Below, piece by piece: positions 27,444 to 36,260 of a stretch of DNA of 64,000 nucleotides. This stretch comes from Verrucomicrobiota bacterium (lineage in GTDB: Bacteria; Verrucomicrobiota; Verrucomicrobiia; Verrucomicrobiales; V1-33). The position numbers and the translations under genes are program-made. The notes under the pieces are model-generated. The model was not told the origin of the DNA. It saw only the letters and a list, made by a program, of their open reading frames with translations, and ran no database searches. How positions within the stretch are numbered: the first letter of the stretch is position 1; every line of letters starts with the position of its first letter. Location of the stretch: positions 10,877 to 74,876 of the forward strand of contig QQNF01000004.1 of assembly GCA_003402705.1 (NCBI GenBank), in the 5' to 3' direction.

Positions 27444-27500
27444 TCGACGAACAGGTCAGAATCGTCGACGAACAGGTCAGAATCGTCGACGAACAGGTCA
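27444..27500 (-). promoter_or_regulatory. Three direct repeats at 21-bp spacing: candidate LytTR response-regulator binding sites upstream of the cassette array
   Basis: + strand tcgacgaacaggtca starts at 27444, 27465 and 27486; the first two units are identical over 21 nt. In the direction of transcription each unit reads TGACCTGTTCGTCGA. The core TGTTCGTC resembles the AlgR core CCGTTCGTC (from memory), and 21-bp phasing matches paired LytTR sites (9-bp sites with ~12-bp spacers). The repeats lie 144 bp after the LytTR gene stop and 108 bp before ATG 27336. Confidence 0.55.
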
Positions 27501-27645
27501 CAAAGCCGGAATTCCTCGAAAATCCACGGCTCCCCGCGCGGGAATCTCGTGGGATGGATTTACTGGAGAACCCATCCATTTCCCGAACCGCTGGCTGACT
27601 GCTTGAGGTGCTTGGGTAACCCGGGGCCCGCAGAGCGCGGCGACG

Positions 27646-28440
27646 TTAGAAGGAACCCCTGAGGCGACGGAACTCGATGCGACTCAGCGTCAGCGGCTCC
27701 GCAATGTCGATAAAAAACACCTGGGTTTTCTCGCGGTCGAGCCGGGACACCTGCTGGATCTGCTGGCAGTTGATCAGCAGCCTGCGACTGATCCGGGAAA
27801 AGAGCCCCACCGGCAATCTGGCCTCCCAATGGGAAAGCGTGCTCTTGATCAGGACCGGCTTGCCACCAGCCGCAAGGATGCGCGTGTAATCGCCTTGGCT
27901 CTGGGCGGCGGCGATGCGGCCGGCTTCGACAAAACGCAGATTGCCGCCCTCTTGCAGCGGGACAAGGTCCGCCGCCTCCAGTGGCGTTTCAGGAACCAGA
28001 TGCGGCACCAGGGTAGGACTTGCCGCAACGCCCGCGCCTCGCTGGGAGACTGCCCGCTTGAGACGCTCCACCGTCTGCGCGAGCCGCTCCGGGTGCACCG
28101 GCTTGGTCAGGTAATCAAGGGCATGCACATCGAAAGCCCTTTGCGCATAACGGTCGAAGGCGGTGACAAACACCACCGCCGGAACCGGATCCATGCCCTC
28201 AAGGAGCGGCAGCAGGTCGAACCCATTGTCCGGCGGCATTTGCACATCGAGAAAAATGATCTCCGGCCGGGTCACGGCCACCAGTTCCGCAGCCGACTGC
28301 ACGTTGTCAGCCTCGCCCACGATGACAATTTCCGGATGCCGCTCCAGGCGCTCGCGCAGATGCTGCCGCAGCAACGACTCGTCATCCACCAGAATCGCAC
28401 GGATGGCCCTGGGTGAGATCGTGGCACCGGCGGCGTTCAT
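27646..28440 (-). CDS. LytTR-family two-component response regulator (264 aa)
   Basis: Receiver domain (ILVDDESLLRQHL...IIFLDVQMPPDNGFDLL...VVFVTAFDRYA). C-terminal LytTR-type DNA-binding domain (LRFVEAGRIAAAQSQGDYTRILAAGGKPVLIKSTLSHWEARLP...FSRISRRLLIN). ATGA overlap with the kinase stop. Confidence 0.9.
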   Translation of the reverse strand: MNAAGATISPRAIRAILVDDESLLRQHLRERLERHPEIVIVGEADNVQSAAELVAVTRPEIIFLDVQMPPDNGFDLLPLLEGMDPVPAVVFVTAFDRYAQRAFDVHALDYLTKPVHPERLAQTVERLKRAVSQRGAGVAASPTLVPHLVPETPLEAADLVPLQEGGNLRFVEAGRIAAAQSQGDYTRILAAGGKPVLIKSTLSHWEARLPVGLFSRISRRLLINCQQIQQVSRLDREKTQVFFIDIAEPLTLSRIEFRRLRGSF

Positions 28441-29546
28441 GCGGTTCCGGAACAGGGTAGCGAGACCTGCGCTCTGACCACAGTCGCCGTGTAATCCAGC
28501 GTCAGCTCTGCCTGATCCCCATAGACGAGATGCAGGCGTTTCCTGAGATTAGCGATGCCGAGCCCGGTGGACCCCGATCCGTGCGGCTCCACCCAGCGGC
28601 CGGTGTTCTCCACCATCAGAAGCAGTCTCCCCTCCAATAGCCGCGCCTCAATGGCGATGCGCAGCGGAGGAGGGCTGGTCTTCTGGCCGTATTTGAGAGC
28701 GTTTTCCAGCAGCGGCTGGATCAAGGCCGTTGGTACCAGCGCGGCGCAGGCCTCTTCGCTCACCTCAAGGCGGGTCTCCAGCTTTTCTTGAAAGCGGATC
28801 TTCTCCACCAGCAGATAGTCTTCCAGCGCGGCGACTTCCTGGCCGAGCGGGTGTTGAAACTGATCCTCGGACTCCTGGGCCAGCGAGAAGCGCAGGTAGT
28901 CGGCTAAGGACTGGGTCACCTTGGAAACCATGGCCTCATTCTTCCGCACGGCCATGATGGTGGCCAAGGCATTGAAGAGGAAATGGGGATTCACCTGAGA
29001 GCGGAGCAGCCTTAGCTCGGACTGATGGAACTCCCGCTCGATCTCGGCATGGCGCTTGATGGACTTGATGCCAAAATAGAGCAGCATCCAAATCATGAAA
29101 ATGGCCACCCTGATGAAAAATATCGCAATCCTGGTCTGCCGCGGGACACCGGGGAGTCCGAAGGCGAGAACCATGCGGTCGACCCCCATCAATTCCACAT
29201 AGGAGAGCAGCAGCGAGACGAGGAAAGTCAGAGGAACCAAGAGCCAATGCTTCCCGAAGCGGGCCAATGCCCAGGAGCAGCAGGGCCTCAGCGCCAGCGT
29301 GATCAGGAAACCGTTCACGGGACGCATGATTCCATAACAGAGAATGGACGGATCCGTGATCGAACCAGTCACCCAGAACAGCACAGGGACGAGCGTCATC
29401 AGCCCCCAACCGGCGATCTGCAGCGGCCAGAACGAAAAGAACCCCGAAAGCCACGGGCCCCGTCCCAGCACACTGCCCGGCGGGCCCTTAATCCCATCCC
29501 GCGGCCTCGCCCGCCTTAATACGACTTCCTCGAGTGATGTTCGCAT
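28437..29546 (-). CDS. LytS/YehU-type sensor histidine kinase (369 aa)
   Basis: Hydrophobic N-terminal half with several predicted TM helices. His_kinase motif LRSQVNPHFLFNALATI. HATPase region LIQPLLENALKYG...GLGIANLRKRL. The exact start is uncertain. Confidence 0.85.
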   Translation of the reverse strand: MRTSLEEVVLRRARPRDGIKGPPGSVLGRGPWLSGFFSFWPLQIAGWGLMTLVPVLFWVTGSITDPSILCYGIMRPVNGFLITLALRPCCSWALARFGKHWLLVPLTFLVSLLLSYVELMGVDRMVLAFGLPGVPRQTRIAIFFIRVAIFMIWMLLYFGIKSIKRHAEIEREFHQSELRLLRSQVNPHFLFNALATIMAVRKNEAMVSKVTQSLADYLRFSLAQESEDQFQHPLGQEVAALEDYLLVEKIRFQEKLETRLEVSEEACAALVPTALIQPLLENALKYGQKTSPPPLRIAIEARLLEGRLLLMVENTGRWVEPHGSGSTGLGIANLRKRLHLVYGDQAELTLDYTATVVRAQVSLPCSGTA

Positions 29547-29586
29547 GCCTCATGGAATGGTTAAGGCTGCGTCACGACATAGATGG

Positions 29587-29766
29587 TTATTGATTGCCCT
29601 TGGAAAATAGGCCTCTGACCCGCTTCAATGCGCGCAGTTGCTCCTTCAGACGGGCATTTTCCCCCTCAAACGCCTCAACCCTCTCCACCCGCTGCAATAG
29701 CTGCTTCCCCAGCGCCACCAGTTCCTCGACGGAACAGGAGTCCAAATAATTGAAGTCGACAGCCAT
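29587..29766 (-). CDS. Small coiled-coil ORF (59 aa); possible remnant of an IS66-family transposase leucine-zipper N-terminus
   Basis: Below the track cutoff. MAVDFNYLDSCSVEELVALGKQLLQRVERVEAFEGENARLKEQLRALKRVRGLFSKGNQ*. The ...ENARLKEQL...LF..K pattern recalls the IS66 TnpC N-terminal region (memory only). No transposase body follows. Confidence 0.3.
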   Translation of the reverse strand: MAVDFNYLDSCSVEELVALGKQLLQRVERVEAFEGENARLKEQLRALKRVRGLFSKGNQ

Positions 29767-30057
29767 GCGCCCAGAATACTTAAAAATTCCGGAAAATCTT
29801 TCAGCCGCTAATCAATTACCATAGATGCTCTAAATAAACACCTCTTGAAATTACTGCTATAAACCGGCAATCACAGCACACCACTCAGGGCGTCTCCCAT
29901 CTCCCCTCAGCGCCACCCTTAACTCGCATCCGCCTCCCGGCACATGCTTCGAACCCGCCACCGCCCCGCAGGGACGACCGGCCCACCAACCCCTCTCCGC
30001 ACCCGCTCAACCTCCACCGCTGCTAATTTTCACTTCTCACTCCCCACTTTCCCAAAC

Positions 30058-30134
<77 letters not shown>

Positions 30135-30240
30135 ATTCTCCAGCTCCCGATCGGAAGCTCACCATAAAGATGCCGGATTCCCCCGTCGTGTCAAACCGGG
30201 AATGCCTTGATTCAGGTCCCCGCTTGCTTCCCAAAGGCCC

Positions 30241-31392
30241 TCAAAGCCCGTGATGGAACCTCGGCGTCCGCGGCGTGATCCCCGTGAACAAATGCCACGG
30301 AATCGTCCGCGCCCACCCCGCCAGCTCCCCCGCCGCAATCTCCTCGTCCCCACTCCGCCCCAGCAGCACCACTTCGTCCCCCCGCCGCACCGCATCGCCA
30401 AGCTCCGTCACATCCGCCATCAATTGATCCATCGTCACCCGACCCAGCACCGCGCACCGCTGCCCCCCAATCAGCACCTGCGCCCCGTTCCCCGACGCAT
30501 GCCTCGGATAACCATCCCCATACCCTGCCGTCACCGTCGCCACCCGCGTCGGCCGGCTCGTCACATGCGTCCGCCCGTAACTCACCCCATGCCCCGCCGG
30601 AAGCTCCCGCACCAATCCCACCCGCGCACTCCACCGCATCACCGGCCGCACTAACCGATCAAACTCCGGAATCGGCGACACCCCGTACAGCAGCAGCCCC
30701 GACCGCACCATCTCGCCCGCCGGATGCGCACAAACCCCCAGGCCCGCACTGTTCGCCAGATGCACCCGGAACGCCCCATGCGCCTTCTGCCAACCACTCA
30801 CCGCCGCCCGGAATTCCGCCGCCTGCCGCCGCGTGAACACCTCATCCTCATCCGCCGACGGAAAATGACTGCTCACCGAATCCAGCTCCAGCGAACGCAT
30901 CCCCCGCACCAGCCCGATCAACTCGCCCGCCTCCACCGGCAGCGACCCGATCCGCCCCATCCCCGTGTCCACCACCACATGCACCCGCTGCACCCTCCCC
31001 TGCCCCGCCGCCTCCGCCGCAAACGCCCGCACCTCCTCCGCACTCGAAACCGCCGGGATCCACCCCGCCGCCACAATCCCCGCCACTTCCTCCGGCAGCG
31101 ACGGACTCAACAGATACACCGACCGCCCCGCCCCGCTCGCCGTCCGCGTTACCCGCGAAACCACCGCCGCTTCGTCAGGACACGCCACCGCAAACGCCCC
31201 CACCTCCCCGTCCAGCGCCCGCGCCACCCCTTCAAGCCCATGCCCGTACGCGTCCGCCTTCACCACCGCCATCACCAGCTCCGGCCCGCCCCCCGCCAAC
31301 TGCCCCACCGCCCGCGCATTGTCACGCAACGCCGCAGCATCAATGTCCGCGCGGCATCGCACACCCGAAGATTTCCCTGGTTCATCACTCAC
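30241..31392 (-). CDS. alr: Alanine racemase
   Basis: PLP-lysine motif AVVKADAYGHG, plus ...VDTGMGRIG... and ...SHFPSADE... The track ORF runs to 31467, but its Gly/Arg-rich head looks non-native. GTG at 31390-31392 or 31360-31362 is the more likely start (uncertain). Confidence 0.85.
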   Translation of the reverse strand: MSDEPGKSSGVRCRADIDAAALRDNARAVGQLAGGGPELVMAVVKADAYGHGLEGVARALDGEVGAFAVACPDEAAVVSRVTRTASGAGRSVYLLSPSLPEEVAGIVAAGWIPAVSSAEEVRAFAAEAAGQGRVQRVHVVVDTGMGRIGSLPVEAGELIGLVRGMRSLELDSVSSHFPSADEDEVFTRRQAAEFRAAVSGWQKAHGAFRVHLANSAGLGVCAHPAGEMVRSGLLLYGVSPIPEFDRLVRPVMRWSARVGLVRELPAGHGVSYGRTHVTSRPTRVATVTAGYGDGYPRHASGNGAQVLIGGQRCAVLGRVTMDQLMADVTELGDAVRRGDEVVLLGRSGDEEIAAGELAGWARTIPWHLFTGITPRTPRFHHGL

Positions 31393-31509
31393 AACCCCGC
31401 ACCCTGACACACCGCCGCACCCGCGCAACCGGACCCCTCTTCCCGCCCCGCACCCGCCCCGCCGCAAACGGGCGCTTGTCGCCCCTCCACCCGCTGTCTA
31501 AGAACACCC

Positions 31510-32322
31510 ATGATTCACTTCTGGAAAATGAACGGGGCCGGCAACGACTTCGTCATCCTCGACAACCGGGACGGCCGCCTCTCCCTCAGCGGCGCGCAGA
31601 TCGCCGCCCTGTGCGACCGCCACCGCGGCGTCGGCGCAGACGGTCTCCTCGCCGTCGAACCCGCTCAATCCAGTGCCGACTTCCGCATGCGATACTACAA
31701 CGCCGACGGCGGCGAAGCCGAAATGTGCGGCAACGGTGCCCGCTGCTTCGCCCGCTTCGCCAACTTCCTCAGCAACTGGTCCCTCGACTCCGTCTCCTTC
31801 GAAACCCCCGCAGGCATCATCAGCGCCACCTTCCACGGCGATCAGGTCCGCCTCCGCATGAGCGAACCCCACGACTGGCGCCCAGCCCAGTCCCTCCACG
31901 TCGCCGACACCTCCCTCTCCGTCCATTTCGTCAACACCGGGGTCCCCCACGCCGTCGTCCTCACCGACGATCTCGCTAACGTCCCCGTCCGCTCATGGGG
32001 CGCAGGCCTCCGCTACCACGACGCCTTCTCACCCAAAGGCACCAACGCCAATTTCGCCTCCGTCCTCTCCCAGGACACCATCGCCATCCGCACCTACGAA
32101 CGCGGCGTCGAAGACGAAACCCTCGCCTGCGGCACCGGCATGGTCGCCTCCGCCCTCATCCACGCCTCCCTCTCCGGAGCCCCCTCCCCCGTCAAAGTCC
32201 TCGTCAAAGGCGGCGACACTCTCGAGGTCGGCTTCACCCGCGACGGCGACTCGTTCCGCGATGTCACCCTAACCGGCCCAGCCGTCATCGTCTTCGCAGG
32301 CGATATCGCCACTCCCGCCTGA
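31510..32322 (+). CDS. dapF: Diaminopimelate epimerase
   Basis: MIHFWKMNGAGNDFVILDNRDG...RYYNADGGEAEMCGNGARCFARF...ACGTG. Confidence 0.93.
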   Translation: MIHFWKMNGAGNDFVILDNRDGRLSLSGAQIAALCDRHRGVGADGLLAVEPAQSSADFRMRYYNADGGEAEMCGNGARCFARFANFLSNWSLDSVSFETPAGIISATFHGDQVRLRMSEPHDWRPAQSLHVADTSLSVHFVNTGVPHAVVLTDDLANVPVRSWGAGLRYHDAFSPKGTNANFASVLSQDTIAIRTYERGVEDETLACGTGMVASALIHASLSGAPSPVKVLVKGGDTLEVGFTRDGDSFRDVTLTGPAVIVFAGDIATPA

Positions 32323-32368
32323 TCCCCCACCTCATCCTTCTCCCCTTCCCTCCCCTAACTCTCCCCCC

Positions 32369-33250
32369 ATGTACCGCGGCACCTTCACAGCTCTCGTCAC
32401 CCCGTTCACCGCCGATAACAAGGTCGACGAACTAGCCTTCCGCAAACTCATCGACTTCCAGTTCGACAACGGCGTCACCGGCATCGTCCCAGTCGGCACC
32501 ACCGGTGAATCCCCCACCCTCTCCCACGAGGAACACCAGCACGTCATCGCCCTCGCCGCCAGATTCGCCGACGGCCGCGGCCCCGTCATCGGCGGCACCG
32601 GCAGCAACAGCACCGACGAAGCCATCGAACTCACCAAAGCCGCTGAAGCCGCCGGCTGCGAAGCCGTCCTCCAGGTCTGCCCCTACTACAACAAACCTTC
32701 CCAGGAAGGCCTCTTCCAGCACTTCAAAGCCGTCGCCGACGCCACCTCCTGCCGCATCATCCTCTACAGCATCCCCGGCCGCAGCGGCATCGAAATCGGC
32801 ATCGACACCACCGCCCGTCTCGCCGCCGCCTGCCCTAACATCGTCTCCATGAAGGAAGCCGGCGGCAGCGTCGAACGCGTCAATCAGCTCGTCGCCTCCT
32901 GCCCGGATTCCTTCACCACCCTCAGCGGCGACGACTCCCTCACGCTCTCCTTCATGGCCGTCGGAGCCATGGGCGTCATCAGCGTCGCCTCCAATGTCAT
33001 CCCCCGCCAGATGAGCGATCTCGTCAACGCCGCCCTCCAGGACGACTACAAGGCCGCCCGCGCCATCCACCGCAGGTACTACCCGCTCTTCAGCGCGTTC
33101 CTCAAACTGGACACCAACCCGGTCCCCGTCAAAACCGCTCTCAAACACATGGGCTTCACTAACGGCAATCTCCGCCTCCCCATGGTCTCCATGCCCGCAC
33201 CCAAAGACGCAGAACTCAAAGCCGCCCTCGCCGCCGTCGGCGTCATCTGA
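32369..33250 (+). CDS. dapA: 4-hydroxy-tetrahydrodipicolinate synthase
   Basis: FTALVTPFTADNKVDELAFRKLIDFQFDNGVTGIVPVGTTGESPTLSHEEH...YNKPSQEG. Confidence 0.93.
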   Translation: MYRGTFTALVTPFTADNKVDELAFRKLIDFQFDNGVTGIVPVGTTGESPTLSHEEHQHVIALAARFADGRGPVIGGTGSNSTDEAIELTKAAEAAGCEAVLQVCPYYNKPSQEGLFQHFKAVADATSCRIILYSIPGRSGIEIGIDTTARLAAACPNIVSMKEAGGSVERVNQLVASCPDSFTTLSGDDSLTLSFMAVGAMGVISVASNVIPRQMSDLVNAALQDDYKAARAIHRRYYPLFSAFLKLDTNPVPVKTALKHMGFTNGNLRLPMVSMPAPKDAELKAALAAVGVI

Positions 33251-33292
33251 CCTCACAAGGTCTCTCCTAACTACCCGCCACCCATTCTCCCC

Positions 33293-34078
33293 ATGAGCCG
33301 ATCCGACGGAAGACTCCCCGACCAGCTGCGCCCCATCCGCTTCATCCCCCACATCGCCCCCGCAGCCATGGGCAGTGTCCTCTGCTGCTTCGGCAACACC
33401 CACGTCATCTGCACCGTCTCCATCGAAGACAAGGTCCCCCGCTGGATGAAGGAACAGAACGTCCAGGGCGGCTGGCTCACCGCTGAGTATTCCATGCTCC
33501 CGGCCTCCACCCGCGACCGCAAAGCCCGCGACATCAGCAAAGGTAAACTCGATGGCCGCAGCCAGGAGATCCAGCGCCTCATCGGCCGCGCCCTCCGCGC
33601 CGTCGTCGACCTATCCATCCTCGGCCAGCGCACCGTCTGGGTCGATTGCGATGTCCTTCAAGCCGACGGCGGCACCCGCACCGCCTCCATCACCGGTGCC
33701 TGCGTCGCCTGCGCCATCGCTTTCAACCGTCTCGTCGAAGAAAAGAAGCTCTTCCGCTCGCCCCTCACAAAACTCGTCGCCGCCGTCAGCGCCGGCATCT
33801 TCAAAAACGAAGCCCTCCTCGACCTCAACTACGTCGAAGACCGCGACGCCGCCGTCGACGCTAACTTCGTCATCACCGAATCCGGCGAATTCGTCGAGAT
33901 CCAAAGCGCCGGCGAAGAAACCACCTTCTCCCCTGACCAGCTCGCCAGTCTCCTCGCCCTCGGCCAGAAAGGCATCGCCGAACTCATCGCCCTCCAGCAG
34001 GCCGCCATCCGCTCCACCCAGTCCGAAGCCACCACCGATCAGGTCTCCGCCCTGGCCGACTTCTTCGCACGCCGCTGA
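33293..34078 (+). CDS. rph: Ribonuclease PH
   Basis: RSDGRLPDQLRPIRF...GWLTAEYSMLPASTRDR...DCDVLQADGGTRTASITGA. Confidence 0.92.
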   Translation: MSRSDGRLPDQLRPIRFIPHIAPAAMGSVLCCFGNTHVICTVSIEDKVPRWMKEQNVQGGWLTAEYSMLPASTRDRKARDISKGKLDGRSQEIQRLIGRALRAVVDLSILGQRTVWVDCDVLQADGGTRTASITGACVACAIAFNRLVEEKKLFRSPLTKLVAAVSAGIFKNEALLDLNYVEDRDAAVDANFVITESGEFVEIQSAGEETTFSPDQLASLLALGQKGIAELIALQQAAIRSTQSEATTDQVSALADFFARR

Positions 34079-34088
34079 CCTCCCACCC

Positions 34089-34469
34089 ATGAAACGCCTC
34101 CTGCTCCCTCTGCTGCTGTCACTCTCAGCCGCAGCCGGCGATCAACCTCAGTGGGGCACCGCATGGTCGCGCAACATGGTCTCCCCGGAAACCGGACTGC
34201 CCGCAAAAATCGACTTCCCCTCCAGCACCGGCATCCTCTGGAAGGTCCCCCTCGGCTCAGAAACCCACTCCTCTCCCGTCGTCTCAGACGGCATTCTCTT
34301 CATCGGAAACCGCAAAGGCGGCTTCCTCATCCTCGCCGCCGACCGCGCCGCACCCCGCATCCTCAGCGAATCCCACGCCGGTGCCCCCATCAGCGCCACC
34401 GCCTGCGCCGCTCAGCACCGTCTCTACATCGCCACCATGAACACGCTCTTCTGCGCCGGTACACCCTGA
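34089..34469 (+). CDS. Small secreted protein (126 aa) with PQQ/beta-propeller-like blade fragments
   Basis: ATG 34089 gives MKRLLLPLLLSLSAAAG... Contains ...GSETHSSPVVSDGILFIGN... Third codon positions are C/A-rich, as in the other genuine + strand genes here. Much shorter than a full propeller. Confidence 0.55.
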   Translation: MKRLLLPLLLSLSAAAGDQPQWGTAWSRNMVSPETGLPAKIDFPSSTGILWKVPLGSETHSSPVVSDGILFIGNRKGGFLILAADRAAPRILSESHAGAPISATACAAQHRLYIATMNTLFCAGTP

Positions 34470-34528
34470 CAAATCCTCAGGACTCACCCCCGGAACGGCC
34501 CACCCCGCAGAATTCTAACACCTTCCAC

Positions 34529-35551
34529 TCAGAGCAGCTCCGCAATCTGCACCGCGTTCAGCGCCGCTCCCTTCAGCAGCTGGTCTCCCACCACCCAGAA
34601 CGCCAACCCGTTCTCCAGCGCACAATCCTTACGCAACCGCCCCACCGCACAGTTGTCCCGACCCGCAATGTCCAATGCCAGCGGATACTCACGCTTCGCA
34701 GGATCATCAATCACATCCAGCCCAGGCGCTCCCGCCAGCACTTCCCGCGCCGCCGCCACACTCACCGGCCGCTCAAACTCCGCACTGATCGCAATGCTGT
34801 GCGCCCGGAACACCGGCACCCGCACACACGTCACCGACGCCCGGAACCCGGGATGATGCATGATCTTCCTCCCCTCGTTCTCCATCTTCATCTCCTCCTT
34901 CGTATACCCGTCCTCCTGAAAACTATCCACGTGCGGGATCGCATTGAACGCAATCTGATGCGGATACACATGCGGAGCCGTCCCCAGCTTCGCCGCATCC
35001 CACGCCCGATTCTCCCCAGCCCACTCCCGCGTCTGCGCCGCCAGTTCCTCAATCGCCTGCGCCCCAGTCCCAGATACCGCCTGATAACTGCTCGCAAAAA
35101 TCCGCGACACCCCGAACGCCCGATGCAGCGGATACAGCGCCATCAGCGAAATCGCCGTCGTGCAGTTCGGATTCGCAATGATCCCGCGGTGCCCAGCCAC
35201 ATCCCCAGGATTGATCTCAGGCACCACCAGCGGCACCCCAGCATCCATCCGGAACGCCGACGAATTGTCCACCACCACCGCACCCGCACGCACCGCATGC
35301 GGCGCAAAATCCCGCGAAATCCCCCCGCCCGCACTGAACAACGCAATCTCCACCCCCGCAAAACTCTCCGGCGTCAGCTCCCGGATCGTCACTTCCTCAC
35401 CCCGAAACATCATCTTCTTCCCGGCACTCCGCGCACTCGCCAGCAATGTCAGCCGACTCACCGGAAAATTCCGGCGCTCCAGACAACGCAGCATTTCAAC
35501 ACCCACCGCTCCGGTGGCTCCCACAATGGCTAGATGACGTGGCTCAGACAT
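34529..35551 (-). CDS. asd: Aspartate-semialdehyde dehydrogenase
   Basis: MSEPRHLAIVGATGAVG...IIANPNCTTI-type motif (IIANPNCTTAISL)...SSYQAVSGTG. Start trimmed from 35605 to ATG 35549-35551 because the longer version would run through a terminator hairpin. Confidence 0.92.
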   Translation of the reverse strand: MSEPRHLAIVGATGAVGVEMLRCLERRNFPVSRLTLLASARSAGKKMMFRGEEVTIRELTPESFAGVEIALFSAGGGISRDFAPHAVRAGAVVVDNSSAFRMDAGVPLVVPEINPGDVAGHRGIIANPNCTTAISLMALYPLHRAFGVSRIFASSYQAVSGTGAQAIEELAAQTREWAGENRAWDAAKLGTAPHVYPHQIAFNAIPHVDSFQEDGYTKEEMKMENEGRKIMHHPGFRASVTCVRVPVFRAHSIAISAEFERPVSVAAAREVLAGAPGLDVIDDPAKREYPLALDIAGRDNCAVGRLRKDCALENGLAFWVVGDQLLKGAALNAVQIAELL

Positions 35552-35602
35552 GACTGTTAGTCGGTTTCTCAAGGTTGCTCGCCCGCAGGCTCCTCCCGCA
35601 GG

Positions 35603-35643
35603 CAAAAAACAACCTCCTGCTCCCTTCGCCGGGAGTCAGGAGG
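35603..35643 (-). terminator. Rho-independent terminator after the 69-aa gene
   Basis: Minus strand reads CCTCCTGACTCCC-GGCGAA-GGGAGCAGGAGG (12-bp stem with one bulge), followed by TTGTTTTTT. Confidence 0.6.
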
Positions 35644-35667
35644 CTGGCGAAGGTCTCGTCGGATGGA

Positions 35668-35877
35668 TTACTTGGGATCCTTGCGCTTGAGCATAGGCAG
35701 CCCAGTGCGCTCGTTCTCAATCACCTTGTATCCGTCCGGAAGCTTGTCCATAACCCCTTCCTTCTCCTCACCGGCGAAGAAATACAGGTTCGTCGTGCCT
35801 CCGTCCGCACGCTTCTGCGCACGAAGATGGAGAAAATAGGTCTTGCCGGATTTTTTGCTGACAACTGAATAAGCCAT
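35668..35877 (-). CDS. Small conserved-looking hypothetical protein (69 aa)
   Basis: MAYSVVSKKSGKTYFLHLRAQKR...YFFAGEEKEG...LPMLKRKDPK. Clean ORF with unskewed, ribosomal-gene-like codon usage, next to rpmB. Confidence 0.6.
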   Translation of the reverse strand: MAYSVVSKKSGKTYFLHLRAQKRADGGTTNLYFFAGEEKEGVMDKLPDGYKVIENERTGLPMLKRKDPK

Positions 35878-35918
35878 GATGTTTTCCTGAGTTGGGGGTT
35901 CCTCTTTACGATCGCAAG

Positions 35919-36182
35919 TCAGATCAGTCCAGCGCCCTTGAGAACAGAAAATGCTCCGTTCTTGGTCACCGTCTTCAACGCCCGCGCACTTAGCTTCACT
36001 CGCACGAATTGCTTTAACTCCGGAACCCAGATGCGCTTGTCACGCAGATTCGGAGAAAAGGTGCGGTTCACCTTCTTCACGTGGTTGAGACCAATCCCAC
36101 CAGACTTCTTGGACTTTCCACTGTGGTGAATGCGACGGCCGCGAAACTTGCGGACTCCTGTGATCTGGCAGACTTTGGCCAT
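35919..36182 (-). CDS. rpmB: 50S ribosomal protein L28
   Basis: MAKVCQITGVRKFRGRRIHHSGKSKKSGGIGLNHVKKVNRTFSPNLRDKRIWVPELKQFVRVKLSARALKTV. Confidence 0.9.
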   Translation of the reverse strand: MAKVCQITGVRKFRGRRIHHSGKSKKSGGIGLNHVKKVNRTFSPNLRDKRIWVPELKQFVRVKLSARALKTVTKNGAFSVLKGAGLI

Positions 36183-36260
36183 AAAATGAAATTCTGGTAA
36201 TTGGGTTCGAACGGTGAAGGGCCCGCTGGTTTAACACGAAAACCCGCCCGGTCAAGAGAT

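Noticed and set aside
27444-27500. CRISPR array (here and at 45155-45645)
   Set aside because: This site has only three contiguous 21-bp units with no spacers. The 45-kb motif copies are 22 bp with irregular spacing, some nearly abutting. There are no cas genes in the window.
27337-27579. N-terminal extension of ORF 26419..27579, containing the peptide repeat CSSTILTCSSTILTCSS
   Set aside because: The peptide repeat is just the translation of the 21-bp DNA repeats. The paralogues A2 and A3 start directly with a signal peptide, so this region is treated as regulatory DNA. Similar upstream extensions were trimmed at 8932, 22755, 24896, 13868, 35605, 41184, 42471, 43237 and 43322.
29945-29962. 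tRNA-like fragment (gcttcgaacccgcc), ~110 bp from the tRNA-Pro 3' end, as a possible att duplicate
   Set aside because: It shares only ~11-12 nt with the T-arm region (ttcgaaccc) and has no foldable arm or longer match. That is too short to distinguish from chance by eye, but it is worth an exact-repeat search.
34089-34469. PQQ-like mini-protein as a pseudogene fragment
   Set aside because: The ORF is intact, with a signal peptide and coding-type periodicity. Whether it is a decayed propeller cannot be judged without an alignment.
34151-35533. Pro/Arg/His-rich ORFs throughout 30-64 kb (e.g. 34151..35533, 41373..42410, 44548..45768, 47925..49001, 55355..56503, 30724..31407, 36867..37718) and Gly/Asp/Glu-rich ones (44165..45244, 32432..33403, 58513..59466)
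   Set aside because: They are by-products of the C-rich + strand and G-rich minus strand. Each overlaps a gene with clear family motifs in another frame, and none shows the third-position periodicity seen in the genuine genes.
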